Assembly (NCBI GenBank): GCA_947632395.1
Contig: CANRPA010000004.1
Span: forward strand, 1 to 61,752
Reading direction: 5' to 3'
Source of the DNA: an uncultured Bacilli bacterium
GTDB taxonomy: Bacteria > Bacillota_I > Bacilli_A > RF39 > UBA660
DNA length: 61,752 nt
The notes beneath the pieces were generated by a model that did not search any database, was not told where the DNA came from, and saw only the letters and a list, made by a program, of their open reading frames with translations. Numbering within the stretch: the first letter of the stretch is position 1; each line of letters starts with the position of its first letter. This document shows positions 31,523 through 41,464 of this stretch, piece after piece. A program made the position numbers and the translations under genes.

Positions 31523-32695
31523 TTAAAGTAAATCAGTATATTCTTCATTTTTTAGATTTGTTATAGTTTCTATATTATTTACACATTCTTCTATTAATTG
31601 TTCATAATTGAAACTCATTTCATACAATAAACATTTATTTATATCTGGATTTATTACTGGATGAGTTGGAAGAAAAATAGTACAACAATCTTCATAAGGC
31701 AAAATACTTGTTTCATATGTATTAATTTTTTTTGCTATGTCAATTATTTCCAATTTATCCATACATGCTACAGGTCTAATTACTGGAAAATTGGTTACAC
31801 TATTAATAACACTCATACTTGTTAAAGTTTGACTTGCTACTTGACCAATTGATTCTCCATTAATTATAACTTTGCATTTATGAATTAGAGCAACTCTTTC
31901 TGCAATTCTGTACATCATACGTCTCATAATTGTTATAACATAACTATCAGGTACGTTTTTGTATATTGCTTCTTGTAATTTTGTAAATGGTACTATATTT
32001 ACTTTTATATTTCCAGAGTATTCATTTATTATACTTGCAAGTTTAATAACTTTATTTTTTGCTTCTAAACTTGTATGTGGAGGAGATTCAAAATATAAAC
32101 ACTCTAGATCTACACCTCTTTTTAAAGCAAGATATCCAGCAGTTGGCGAATCTATTCCACCACTCAACATAAGTAATCCTTTACCTTGTATACCTACAGG
32201 ATATCCGCCTATACCTTTTATTTCATTAGTATAAATAAATGTTCCTTCAGGTCTTATTTCTATTGTAACTAATACATCAGGATTATGTACATCTACTTTA
32301 GATTTAATGTTTTTAAGTACATATCCTCCTATTATATTATTAAATTCCATACTATGTATTTCAAATGACTTATCAGCTCTTTTAGTATGTATTTTAAAAG
32401 TATTAAAATTTTCATTTTTTAAAAGTTCCAAAACTTTTTCTTTTATAGTATCTATATTAGTATTAACTTTATGACAAATAACTATACCATGTATTCCAAA
32501 AACACGTTTTAATTTATTTACTATGGAATCAACATTACTACATTCGATATACATTCTAACTCTATCAAATTTAATACTAAATTCTTCACCATTTAATATA
32601 TTTTTTATATTGTTAGCAAGTCTTCTTATAAATTCGTTTCTATTTGCTTTTTTAGTTGTTAACTCTCCATATTTAATTAAAATCAAATTATTCAT
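31523..32695 (-). CDS. thiI: tRNA 4-thiouridine synthase ThiI
   Basis: IKYGELTTK, THUMP domain, LSGGIDSP, PYEDCC. Confidence 0.96.
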   Translation of the reverse strand: MNNLILIKYGELTTKKANRNEFIRRLANNIKNILNGEEFSIKFDRVRMYIECSNVDSIVNKLKRVFGIHGIVICHKVNTNIDTIKEKVLELLKNENFNTFKIHTKRADKSFEIHSMEFNNIIGGYVLKNIKSKVDVHNPDVLVTIEIRPEGTFIYTNEIKGIGGYPVGIQGKGLLMLSGGIDSPTAGYLALKRGVDLECLYFESPPHTSLEAKNKVIKLASIINEYSGNIKVNIVPFTKLQEAIYKNVPDSYVITIMRRMMYRIAERVALIHKCKVIINGESIGQVASQTLTSMSVINSVTNFPVIRPVACMDKLEIIDIAKKINTYETSILPYEDCCTIFLPTHPVINPDINKCLLYEMSFNYEQLIEECVNNIETITNLKNEEYTDLL

Positions 32696-32781
32696 AAAAT
32701 CACCACAAATCAATTATATATTAAAAATATTAAAATGTAAATTACTTGTATTTTTAGATTTTTTTTGAATAAACTTGTACT

Positions 32782-34071
32782 ATGAAAAATAAATTTATTA
32801 AATCTACAATTATATTAATTATTGGTGGCTTTTTTACAAAGTTACTTGGTTTAGTTATTAAAATTTTTTTAACAAGAAATATGACTTCACTTGGCTTTGG
32901 ATTATACTCTATGATTATGCCTACATTTATGCTTCTAAACAGTATATCTCAATTAGGTCTTCCAACTGCTTTAAATGTTTTGATAGCCAGTGAAAAATAT
33001 AATACTAAAAATTTAGTTTTTACATCTATTTTAATATCTCTTTGTATCGATTTTATCATTTTTATATTTTTAGTTTTTTCATGTAGTTATATAAGTAATA
33101 ACCTTTTAAATGATTCAAGACTTAACTTACCACTTTTATCTATTGGATTTGTTTTACCTTTCATAACTATTTCTAATTGTCTTAGAAGTTACTTTTTTGC
33201 TAAAGAAAGAATGTATCCACATGTATTAACTAATATTATAGAAGATCTAATTAAATTAATTTTTATTATTATTGGAATACCATTTTTTCTTGTTAAAGGT
33301 ATTGAGTACGCAGTTAGTTTTGTAATACTTTCTAACATTTTCTGTGAACTTTCTAGTATTATAATATTTTTATTTTTAATACCTAAATTTAAATGCCAAA
33401 AAAAAGAATTAAAACCCAATAAAAAAAATATAAAAGAACTATTAAAGATTGCTTTACCAACTACAGGAAGTAGATTAATAGGTTCAATTGGATATTTTTT
33501 TGAACCTATTATCATAACTTATGTATTATTAAAAATAGGATATTCTAATGATTTTGTTGTTAGTGAATATGGAGTTATAAATGGATATGTTATACAACTG
33601 GTGTTATTACCATCATTTTTTACACTAGCAATATCACAAGCACTTATACCAATTATTTCTAAAAATTATTCTAAAGGTAATTATAAATATATAAAGAAAA
33701 AACTAAAGGAAGCAATATTTTTTTCACTTTTAATAGGAATCCCTGCAACATTTATTTTTGAAATTTATCCAAATGAACTTTTAAATTTTTTATTTAAAAC
33801 AACCAAAGGAGTTAATTACATAAAGGTAATTGCACCTATTTGTTTGCTACATTATATTCAGTCTCCTATATCAAGTACTTTACAAGCTATGAATAGTGCG
33901 AAAATTTCTATGACAGGAACATTTATTGGTATGATACTTAGAACTATTTCACTTTTAATTTTTTCATTTTTAAAAATAGGTTTATGGGGATTAATAATTG
34001 CAACAAGTGTTAATATTGCATTTGTAACTTTATTTGATTTATACAATGTTAAAAAGAAATTAAAAAAATAA
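32782..34071 (+). CDS. spoVB: SpoVB/MurJ-like MOP flippase
   Basis: Polytopic membrane protein, GLPTAL, PTTGSRLIGS, YIQSPISSTLQA. Confidence 0.8.
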   Translation: MKNKFIKSTIILIIGGFFTKLLGLVIKIFLTRNMTSLGFGLYSMIMPTFMLLNSISQLGLPTALNVLIASEKYNTKNLVFTSILISLCIDFIIFIFLVFSCSYISNNLLNDSRLNLPLLSIGFVLPFITISNCLRSYFFAKERMYPHVLTNIIEDLIKLIFIIIGIPFFLVKGIEYAVSFVILSNIFCELSSIIIFLFLIPKFKCQKKELKPNKKNIKELLKIALPTTGSRLIGSIGYFFEPIIITYVLLKIGYSNDFVVSEYGVINGYVIQLVLLPSFFTLAISQALIPIISKNYSKGNYKYIKKKLKEAIFFSLLIGIPATFIFEIYPNELLNFLFKTTKGVNYIKVIAPICLLHYIQSPISSTLQAMNSAKISMTGTFIGMILRTISLLIFSFLKIGLWGLIIATSVNIAFVTLFDLYNVKKKLKK

Positions 34072-34074
34072 CAC

Positions 34075-34233
34075 CTACACTTGGGATGTTATTTTTACTT
34101 CATAAATATACGAATCTTTATACTCATTTTCTTTATTCTCATCGTATTTTTTAGTGCACATAGAACTTGCTATAGAAAGTCCTATTACTAAAATTGTAAA
34201 AATAATCATTCCTTTGCTTTTAACTAATTCCAT
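34075..34233 (-). CDS. Small single-pass membrane protein (52 aa), absent from the ORF track, divergent from lexA
   Basis: MELVKSKGMIIFTILVIGLSIASSMCTKKYDENKENEYKDSYIYEVKITSQV; AAGGT RBS; TTGACA-17-TAAAAT promoter at 34259-34287. Confidence 0.7.
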   Translation of the reverse strand: MELVKSKGMIIFTILVIGLSIASSMCTKKYDENKENEYKDSYIYEVKITSQV

Positions 34234-34258
34234 ACAAATTACCTTCTTTCTGTATTAT

Positions 34259-34336
34259 ATTTTAACACGAACATTTATATGTGTCAACATAAAAATCGAA
34301 CAAATATTTGACAAATGTAAAGAAGTATGATAAAAT
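34259..34336. promoter_or_regulatory. Divergent SigA promoters overlapped by two imperfect LexA-box-like sites
   Basis: TTGACA-17-TAAAAT on each strand; CGAACATTTATATG (34268-34281) and CGAACAAATATTTG (34297-34310) versus Firmicutes consensus CGAAC-N4-GTTCG. Confidence 0.65.
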
Positions 34337-34360
34337 ATACGTGTCAAAAGGAGAAAAGTT

Positions 34361-34984
34361 ATGGAAAAAGAAAAGTTAACAAGAAGACAAGAAGATACTT
34401 TAAAATGTATTAAAACTTATATGGTATCACACGGATTTCCTCCAACTGTTAGAGAACTAGCAGATGAAATGGGATTATCATCACCTGCCACTGCACAAGC
34501 ACATCTTGATTGTTTAGCAAACAAAGGATACATAAAAAAAGGAAGTAATAAAAATAGAACTATCGAACTTATGGTTGAAAATGAATTTATGCCAAAAAGT
34601 GAGGATGTTGTTGAGGTGCCATTACTTGGTAAAATTACTGCTGGGAATCCTATAGAAGCTATTGAAAACCCTAATGAATATTTTACTCTACCAGCATATT
34701 TAATACCTAATAATAAGGAAGTATTTACACTTAATGTTAGTGGAGAATCAATGATTAACGCAGGAATATTAGATGGGGATATCGTTATTGTAGAAAGAAG
34801 AAATACTGCTAGAAATGGTGAAATTGTTGTTGCAATGACTGAAGAAAATGAGGTTACTTTAAAAACATTTTATAAAGAAAAAGATCATATTCGTTTACAA
34901 CCTGAAAATGATTCTATGGAACCTTTTATATTTGATAATGTATTTATATTAGGAAAAGTTATTGGATTATATAGAAAAATATAA
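34361..34984 (+). CDS. lexA: SOS repressor LexA
   Basis: wHTH (GFPPTVRELA), AG cleavage site (ITAGNP), GESM catalytic Ser, VTLK catalytic Lys. Confidence 0.98.
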   Translation: MEKEKLTRRQEDTLKCIKTYMVSHGFPPTVRELADEMGLSSPATAQAHLDCLANKGYIKKGSNKNRTIELMVENEFMPKSEDVVEVPLLGKITAGNPIEAIENPNEYFTLPAYLIPNNKEVFTLNVSGESMINAGILDGDIVIVERRNTARNGEIVVAMTEENEVTLKTFYKEKDHIRLQPENDSMEPFIFDNVFILGKVIGLYRKI

Positions 34985-35005
34985 AAGTTAAGAAATTCTT
35001 AACTT

Positions 35006-35896
35006 TTATTTTTTTGTATATAATTTACTTGGATATATTCCTTGTTGTATCAAACTATTTATATATTGTTTTAATTCATCTAAATCTGAACTATATGTAA
35101 CACCTTTCCATACTGCATTCGTTGGAATTAGTCTTAATTCTTTATGTGATTCATTTAAATAATTATTTAAAGCATCTGGTAGTAAATATTCACATGTTGA
35201 TAAATCTCCACTAAAATTTTTAAAATAATTATATATATCTTTTTTTAAAAATTCACAAAATTCTTTTTGTATACCACACATTAGCATAGATACTGGATGA
35301 TTTTCATCAACTTCATACTTAGGTTCACCTGAAAGTGGCTCACCAACTATTTTTCCATCTATTCTCTCAACTTTGCTTTCAACTATTTTTTCAATTATAC
35401 CATTTTTTTCAAAACAAACTCCTCTTTTTACTGATCCGTTTTCTGTTAGTGTATTACCTATTTTATAACCTATTATACTATATTCGCCTTTTTTTAAAGA
35501 TTCTTTTAATAACCCAAATGATTCACGACCATAAAAATCATCAGCAGATATAACAGCAAATGGTCCATCTATTGATTTAGTTGCACAATAAAGTGCGTGA
35601 CCTGTACCTAATGGTTTTACTCTTGTCTCTGGAACACTAATCCCTTGTGGCAAATTCTTTATATCTTGAAAAACATATTCTACTTCTACTATATTTTCAA
35701 TGCGACTACCAATAGTACTTTTAAATATTTCATAATTTTCTTCCTTGATTATAAATACTACCTTATCAAATCCTGCTTTAATTGCATCATAAATACTATA
35801 ATCAATTATAAATTCTCCATTTGGACCTACTGGTTCTATTTGTTTTAGTCCACCAAACCTACTACCCATTCCTGCAGCCATAATAACTAATGTCAT
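35006..35896 (-). CDS. Sugar-phosphate nucleotidyltransferase family protein
   Basis: IMAAGMGSRFGGLKQ, PLGTGHAL. Confidence 0.88.
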   Translation of the reverse strand: MTLVIMAAGMGSRFGGLKQIEPVGPNGEFIIDYSIYDAIKAGFDKVVFIIKEENYEIFKSTIGSRIENIVEVEYVFQDIKNLPQGISVPETRVKPLGTGHALYCATKSIDGPFAVISADDFYGRESFGLLKESLKKGEYSIIGYKIGNTLTENGSVKRGVCFEKNGIIEKIVESKVERIDGKIVGEPLSGEPKYEVDENHPVSMLMCGIQKEFCEFLKKDIYNYFKNFSGDLSTCEYLLPDALNNYLNESHKELRLIPTNAVWKGVTYSSDLDELKQYINSLIQQGIYPSKLYTKK

Positions 35897-36753
35897 ATTA
35901 TTCCTCCTTTAAACATTTTATATGGTTTTAATTTATTATCACATAATTCATATAAGGCTATTGCCTCATTATTTTTTATAAATAATACTCTATCTGTATC
36001 ATAAATATTATCTATAGCAGCACCATTTAATATCTTCTTTTCTATATCAGTATTAAGTTCTATCTTTTTACAATCTAATACATCTACTATATTAATTAGT
36101 TTATCTTCAGTTACATCTTCAAGTTTAATAGAATCTTCTATCACAAATTTACCTTGTCTTGTTCTTCTTAAATCAGTCATAATACCTATTGTATTTAATT
36201 TACAGGCAATATCTCTAATTAAACTTCTTATATATGTACCTTTAGAAACACTACATTTAAATTTAAAAGATGTACTACTTTCAGTATACACTATTTCATC
36301 AACTAATTCAATATTACTTATTTCTACTTCTCTTTTAGGTAAATCTACTTTTATTTTCTCTCTAGCATATTCATACAACTTTTTACCACATACTTTAACT
36401 GCTGAAAAAGATGGTACTTCTTGCATATATTTACCCTTAAAAGAATTTAGCGTATTTATTATTTCATCCTTATCTTTTATGCATTTTTCTGTTTTTAATA
36501 TTGTTCCTGTACTATCTAACGTATCTGTTGATATACCAAGTGTAACGCTTGCTATGTACTCTTTATCATTACAAGTTAATTCTTCAACTAATTTTGTTGC
36601 ACTCCCAACACATATAATAAGTACACCTGTAGCTATTGGATCGAGTGTTCCCGTATGTCCTACTTTTTTTGTATTTAATTTTTTTACTATGTTATTTACT
36701 ACATCGCGACTAGTAATACCTTTTTCTTTATCTATTATAAGTATTCCATTCAT
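35893..36753 (-). CDS. truB: tRNA pseudouridine(55) synthase
   Basis: KVGHTGTLDPIATGVL, VSKGTYIRSL. Confidence 0.97.
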   Translation of the reverse strand: MNGILIIDKEKGITSRDVVNNIVKKLNTKKVGHTGTLDPIATGVLIICVGSATKLVEELTCNDKEYIASVTLGISTDTLDSTGTILKTEKCIKDKDEIINTLNSFKGKYMQEVPSFSAVKVCGKKLYEYAREKIKVDLPKREVEISNIELVDEIVYTESSTSFKFKCSVSKGTYIRSLIRDIACKLNTIGIMTDLRRTRQGKFVIEDSIKLEDVTEDKLINIVDVLDCKKIELNTDIEKKILNGAAIDNIYDTDRVLFIKNNEAIALYELCDNKLKPYKMFKGGII

Positions 36754-36823
36754 ATATCACCTAATTTTTTATATTAAAGATATCCTCTCTAATGTATATT
36801 ATATCAAAAAAATAGGCCTTTGC

Positions 36824-37117
36824 CTATTTAATTATTTTTATATTTTCGTTATTGTATGCTAAACCCATTTCTTTAAGTACACCATTTAATTTTTCATATG
36901 ATGTAAGTTCATTTACTTGCATAACTAAACTTTGATTTTTCTTTTCTTGATTTTCTATTTTATATGATATTTTTTCTATATCCATTTTTAAATTACTAAT
37001 ACTAGCGCTAGCAAAAACTTTAATTGCAACACCAAACAAAAAACATAATACTCCTAAGGTATAAACAAGAACTTCTCCTTTTGTAATATATCTTTTATTT
37101 CGTCTCATGCTAACCAA
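36824..37117 (-). CDS. ftsL: Cell division protein FtsL
   Basis: Bitopic, leucine-zipper coiled coil; follows rsmH. Confidence 0.85.
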   Translation of the reverse strand: MVSMRRNKRYITKGEVLVYTLGVLCFLFGVAIKVFASASISNLKMDIEKISYKIENQEKKNQSLVMQVNELTSYEKLNGVLKEMGLAYNNENIKIIK

Positions 37118-38018
37118 CTCTTTCTATTATTCTCAATTTAGCGCTTCTTGCTCTATTATTTTCATCTATTTCATTTTTGCTAGGTTCAATAGTTTTTATA
37201 ACTTTAAATTTAGGTAAATATTCATCTGGTATTATTGGAAGTTTTTTTATATTGCTATCTATCTCACTTACACTCTTAAATATATTTTTACATATTTTAT
37301 CTTCTAGTGAATGAAATGTAATAACACATATTCTACCGCCTACATTAATAAGTTCTAATGCTTCATGTAAACTTTTTTCAAACACATTTAACTCATCGTT
37401 AACTTCTATTCTTATAGCCTGAAATACCTTTCTTGCAGGATGTTTATCTCTCTTATATTTTTCTGGAACATTTTCTTTTATTACCTCTACAAGTTCAAGT
37501 GTCGTAGTAATAGGTCTACTAGCAATTATTCCTTTTGCTATACTAGATGCATATTTTTCTTCTCCATATTTATGAAATATATCAACTAATTTTTCATATG
37601 AATAAGTATTTACAACTGTGTAAGCATCGAGAATATTATTTTGATTCATCCTCATATCAAGTCTTGCATCTTGATGAAAACTAAATCCTCTATAATCTTC
37701 ATCAAGTTGTGGACTAGATACTCCAAGGTCATAAAGTATCCCATCTACGCTAGTTACATTTTTTTTACTTAATTCTTCTTTTATATTTGCAAAATTACTA
37801 TTTATGATTTCAAAATTTTTACCTATGTTATTTAGTCTTTCAGTACTAAATTTTATTGCTTCACTATCCTGGTCAAATGCATATAAATATCCATGGCTTA
37901 TCCTTTTTAATATTTCACTGCTATGACCTGCATATCCTAAAGTACAATCGACTATTACACTATTTTCTTTTAAATTTAAGTTTTCTATACACTCTTTAAG
38001 TAATACTGACTTATGCAT
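37110..38018 (-). CDS. rsmH: 16S rRNA m4C1402 methyltransferase
   Basis: HKSVLL, DCTLGYAGHS, YDLGVSSPQLD, FHSLED. Confidence 0.98.
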   Translation of the reverse strand: MHKSVLLKECIENLNLKENSVIVDCTLGYAGHSSEILKRISHGYLYAFDQDSEAIKFSTERLNNIGKNFEIINSNFANIKEELSKKNVTSVDGILYDLGVSSPQLDEDYRGFSFHQDARLDMRMNQNNILDAYTVVNTYSYEKLVDIFHKYGEEKYASSIAKGIIASRPITTTLELVEVIKENVPEKYKRDKHPARKVFQAIRIEVNDELNVFEKSLHEALELINVGGRICVITFHSLEDKICKNIFKSVSEIDSNIKKLPIIPDEYLPKFKVIKTIEPSKNEIDENNRARSAKLRIIERVG

Positions 38019-38445
38019 GATAACTATTTGTAAATAGGCTATCTGCTATATCAGATAAATTTTCTTCATTATTGCTAATGAATTCTTCCCATTTACTTTT
38101 ACTCCATATTTCTAATTTTTCATCTACACCTATAATAATGCAATCTTTTTCTAAACTTGCAAATTCTACTAAAGGTTTAGGTATATTTATTCTACCAAGT
38201 TTATCATATTCACATATAGTAGCGCCAGATAAAAATATTCTCATAAATTGTCTTTTTTCTTTAGTGTCAGGAAGTTCTTTATACTTATTTATTATTTTAT
38301 CCCATTCTAACTTTGGATATAAAAATAAACAGCCATCAAGTCCACGAGTAACTATAAAATTTTCACCTAAATCATCTCTTACTTTAGCAGGTATTATTAT
38401 TCTTCCTTTAGCATCTATTGTATGATGATATTCACCCATGAACAT
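38011..38445 (-). CDS. mraZ: Division/cell wall cluster regulator MraZ
   Basis: MFMGEYHHTIDAKGRIIIP, DKLGRINIP, LEIWS. Confidence 0.98.
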   Translation of the reverse strand: MFMGEYHHTIDAKGRIIIPAKVRDDLGENFIVTRGLDGCLFLYPKLEWDKIINKYKELPDTKEKRQFMRIFLSGATICEYDKLGRINIPKPLVEFASLEKDCIIIGVDEKLEIWSKSKWEEFISNNEENLSDIADSLFTNSYHA

Positions 38446-38455
38446 AAGTAGTCAC

Positions 38456-38496
38456 CCACCTTTTACCACTTTATAACACTTTGTACCACTATTATA
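38456..38496 (-). promoter_or_regulatory. MraZ operator-like array next to a -10 box
   Basis: GTGG/GTGT/GTGG/GTGG at exact 10-nt spacing (38489, 38479, 38469, 38459) just downstream of TATAAT. Confidence 0.75.
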
Positions 38497-38613
38497 ACTT
38501 TTTTTTATACTTTTGTAAATATATTTTTTCACAAAAGAAACAAAAAATATAAAATTTCTTGTTTCTTTACATTTTTTGTTTTTAAAATAAAAAAAAAGAT
38601 TGAATTATTCAAT

Positions 38614-38820
38614 CTATAATACTATACATAATATGAAAAAGGCAACTCCAAGAACTACTGTAGTATAAGTTATAAATAGTTCTCCTCCTCTTTCTTTTCT
38701 ATTTTTAAATAGATCATCGTTACCACCTGTAATAACAGAAGAAGCACTCTCTGCTTTACCACTTTGAAGTAATACTATACCTATTATTAATATTGAAACC
38801 ACGATTAATAATGTTGTCAT
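38614..38820 (-). CDS. secG: Preprotein translocase subunit SecG
   Basis: VLLQSGK...GG...LF..RKERG, two TMs. Confidence 0.92.
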   Translation of the reverse strand: MTTLLIVVSILIIGIVLLQSGKAESASSVITGGNDDLFKNRKERGGELFITYTTVVLGVAFFILCIVL

Positions 38821-38865
38821 AATTTCCTCCTACCTGTTATAATTTATCATAAAAATAATAATAAA

Positions 38866-40149
38866 TCAAGATTTATCTATAATATATATAGTTTTGTTAC
38901 TTAATTTTATGTTCTTAATTATATTTTGTGCATTTTTTATATTTAATTCATCTATTCTTTTATAATCATCTAATATTACCTTATTATAATTCATAATATT
39001 ACTCATTATTTTATTGTTAATTGAATATATGCTGTCGCTTCTATATATACAATTACTTTTCCTAACTCTCTTTTTTCTTTCTAATTCTTCTTCACTTATG
39101 TTTAAATCTTTTAATTCATTTGTTATTCTTTTTAATACTTCATCTACTTCTTGCGATTCAAATGTTATTATAGCAAGTATATGCTTATCAGTATTTACAA
39201 AAGTTATATCTATATCGTGAGTAAGTAAATTTTCTTTTTGTAAACTTTCATTTAACATTGATGTATTACCCAATTTTAAATCAAATATTATACTCAAATA
39301 TGTCTTAATATCATTTATATCATATTTTAATTTAGAACAATCTATCTTATAACCTATACCTGCTTTAGAAATTTCTATATCCATAGTTGTAATTTCTTTT
39401 TCTTTCTCTACTTTATTAGGTTCATCATATCCTTTTATTTGTATTGGATTAAATTTAGCAAATTTCTTTTTTTCTTGATTTAATTTTACTATTTCAATTA
39501 CTTCTTTTGGATCTACATTACCAGTTACTACTAAAAACATATTAGAAGGGTGATAAAATGTATTATAACAATTATATAAATCTTCTTTTGTTATTTTATT
39601 TACATCTTCTATAGTCCCTGCAATAGGATATTTAATAGGATGTTTAATAAAAGAATTATATATTATACCATCATATATTTTAAAATATGGGTCATCTTGA
39701 TACATTTTAATTTCTTGTTCAATTATTCCCTTCTCTTTTTCTACATTTTCATCTGTAAAATATGGAGATTGCACATAATCTAATAAATAATTTAAATTTT
39801 CACTAAATGAATTAGAACCACTAAAAAGGTAAGTTGTTTTATAATTAGATGTATTAGCATTCGCATCACAACCTCTTTCTGAGTAAAATGTAAATGGATC
39901 TACTCCGTCTTTTTGTTCAAACATTTTGTGTTCTAAAAAATGAGCAATACCAAGTGGAACTTTTATCATTTTTTTACTACCATTTGGTATAAATTCATCA
40001 TATATTGAACCAAATTTTGTCGTAAATGTTGCGTATATTCCGTTTACATTTTCCTTAGGTATTACATATATAGTAAGACCATTAGGAAGAGTTTCACTTA
40101 TTAATTCCAAATCTAATTTTTCCAATTTTTTACTTTCCATCAGTGTCAC
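38866..40149 (-). CDS. M16 peptidase, YmfH-like (catalytic)
   Basis: Inverted zinc motif HFLEH. Confidence 0.92.
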   Translation of the reverse strand: MTLMESKKLEKLDLELISETLPNGLTIYVIPKENVNGIYATFTTKFGSIYDEFIPNGSKKMIKVPLGIAHFLEHKMFEQKDGVDPFTFYSERGCDANANTSNYKTTYLFSGSNSFSENLNYLLDYVQSPYFTDENVEKEKGIIEQEIKMYQDDPYFKIYDGIIYNSFIKHPIKYPIAGTIEDVNKITKEDLYNCYNTFYHPSNMFLVVTGNVDPKEVIEIVKLNQEKKKFAKFNPIQIKGYDEPNKVEKEKEITTMDIEISKAGIGYKIDCSKLKYDINDIKTYLSIIFDLKLGNTSMLNESLQKENLLTHDIDITFVNTDKHILAIITFESQEVDEVLKRITNELKDLNISEEELERKKRVRKSNCIYRSDSIYSINNKIMSNIMNYNKVILDDYKRIDELNIKNAQNIIKNIKLSNKTIYIIDKS

Positions 40150-41422
40150 CTTCTAATAAATATACTATATCTAAATGAATTTTTGAGGCTAGTTTCATAA
40201 CATCCTTTTTAGTGACTTTGTTTATTTTTAAAAATCTAGTATCTAAGTCATCACTTTTTAAATATTCTATTCCTGCATACAAACTAATTATATTATCTTG
40301 ATTATCTTCCAATTCTTTTAAACTATTTACATATGTTATTTTGGCTTTCATTATATCATCATTTGTAAACTTACCTTTTTTCATATTATATACTTCTTTT
40401 TTTATAAGTGCAGTTGTACGTTTAAAATCTTTTTTATTTATTCCAGCATGAATAGTAAGTATACTATTTAATGGTGCCCCCACTGATGATATGTAGTAAC
40501 ACAAACTATTTTTTTCTCTTACATTTTTAAATAATTTAGAGTCTGGTCCTCCACCTAATATATATGAATATACGTTTAACACATATCTAAGTTCAAAATC
40601 AGACATCTTATCTATTTTATATCCAAGTACTAATTTACTTTGATTTATCTTTTGTTTCTCTATTACTGTTTTAGGTAAAAATCTAGTTCTTTTTGATTTT
40701 ATAAAATGAGACTCGCTTGGTTTTTTAAATGTTTTTATACCAGAAAAATTTTCATCTATTATTTTCTTTATATGTTTTTCATTTATATTTCCAATAACAA
40801 ATATATCTATAATATCGCTATTTAATACAGACATATAGTACTTATATAAATCTTTACTATTTATCTTTTCTAAATCTTCTATATATCCAGAACTTCTATA
40901 TGATATTATAGAATTAGGTTCCATATTCTCTAAACATCTAACTTTGCTGTATTGATCTGGGTTCTCTTTGCTTGATATTATATTATCTTTAAGTAAATTA
41001 TAAGATAATTTAAAACTTTCTTCATTAAATTTAATACCTGTTCTTGTTTTTTCAATGTTTGGTTTAAATATTAAATCAGATAAAAATTTTATTGATTTAT
41101 CAAGCATGCCTTTTTCTGTATATTCTTCATTTAAAAATGTTACATCAAATCCCATTACACTATACTTTCCAGATATATAATTCATACCCCTATAATATAA
41201 ATCATATAAATTTTCAGTTTCTATTGTCATAAGTCTCTTTGTTTTAAATTTTTCAGTTGATTCACATAACATGTTTATTATCATATTTCTCTTAGTTATT
41301 TCATCTTTCACTGTTTTTCTTTTGAAGTTTACTTTTACAGTAATTGTTCTAAATTTATCAGTTTTAATTATATGAAGATTATAAGAATATGTGCTTATCT
41401 TTTTATATTTCACGATTTTCAC
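40130..41422 (-). CDS. M16 peptidase-like, YmfF-like (non-catalytic partner)
   Basis: ILGGGPDSKLFKNVREKNSLCY; no HxxEH. Confidence 0.88.
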   Translation of the reverse strand: MKIVKYKKISTYSYNLHIIKTDKFRTITVKVNFKRKTVKDEITKRNMIINMLCESTEKFKTKRLMTIETENLYDLYYRGMNYISGKYSVMGFDVTFLNEEYTEKGMLDKSIKFLSDLIFKPNIEKTRTGIKFNEESFKLSYNLLKDNIISSKENPDQYSKVRCLENMEPNSIISYRSSGYIEDLEKINSKDLYKYYMSVLNSDIIDIFVIGNINEKHIKKIIDENFSGIKTFKKPSESHFIKSKRTRFLPKTVIEKQKINQSKLVLGYKIDKMSDFELRYVLNVYSYILGGGPDSKLFKNVREKNSLCYYISSVGAPLNSILTIHAGINKKDFKRTTALIKKEVYNMKKGKFTNDDIMKAKITYVNSLKELEDNQDNIISLYAGIEYLKSDDLDTRFLKINKVTKKDVMKLASKIHLDIVYLLEGDTDGK

Positions 41423-41464
41423 CTCTTTTTTTATTATTGTTTAAAATTTATAAATTAAACATTT

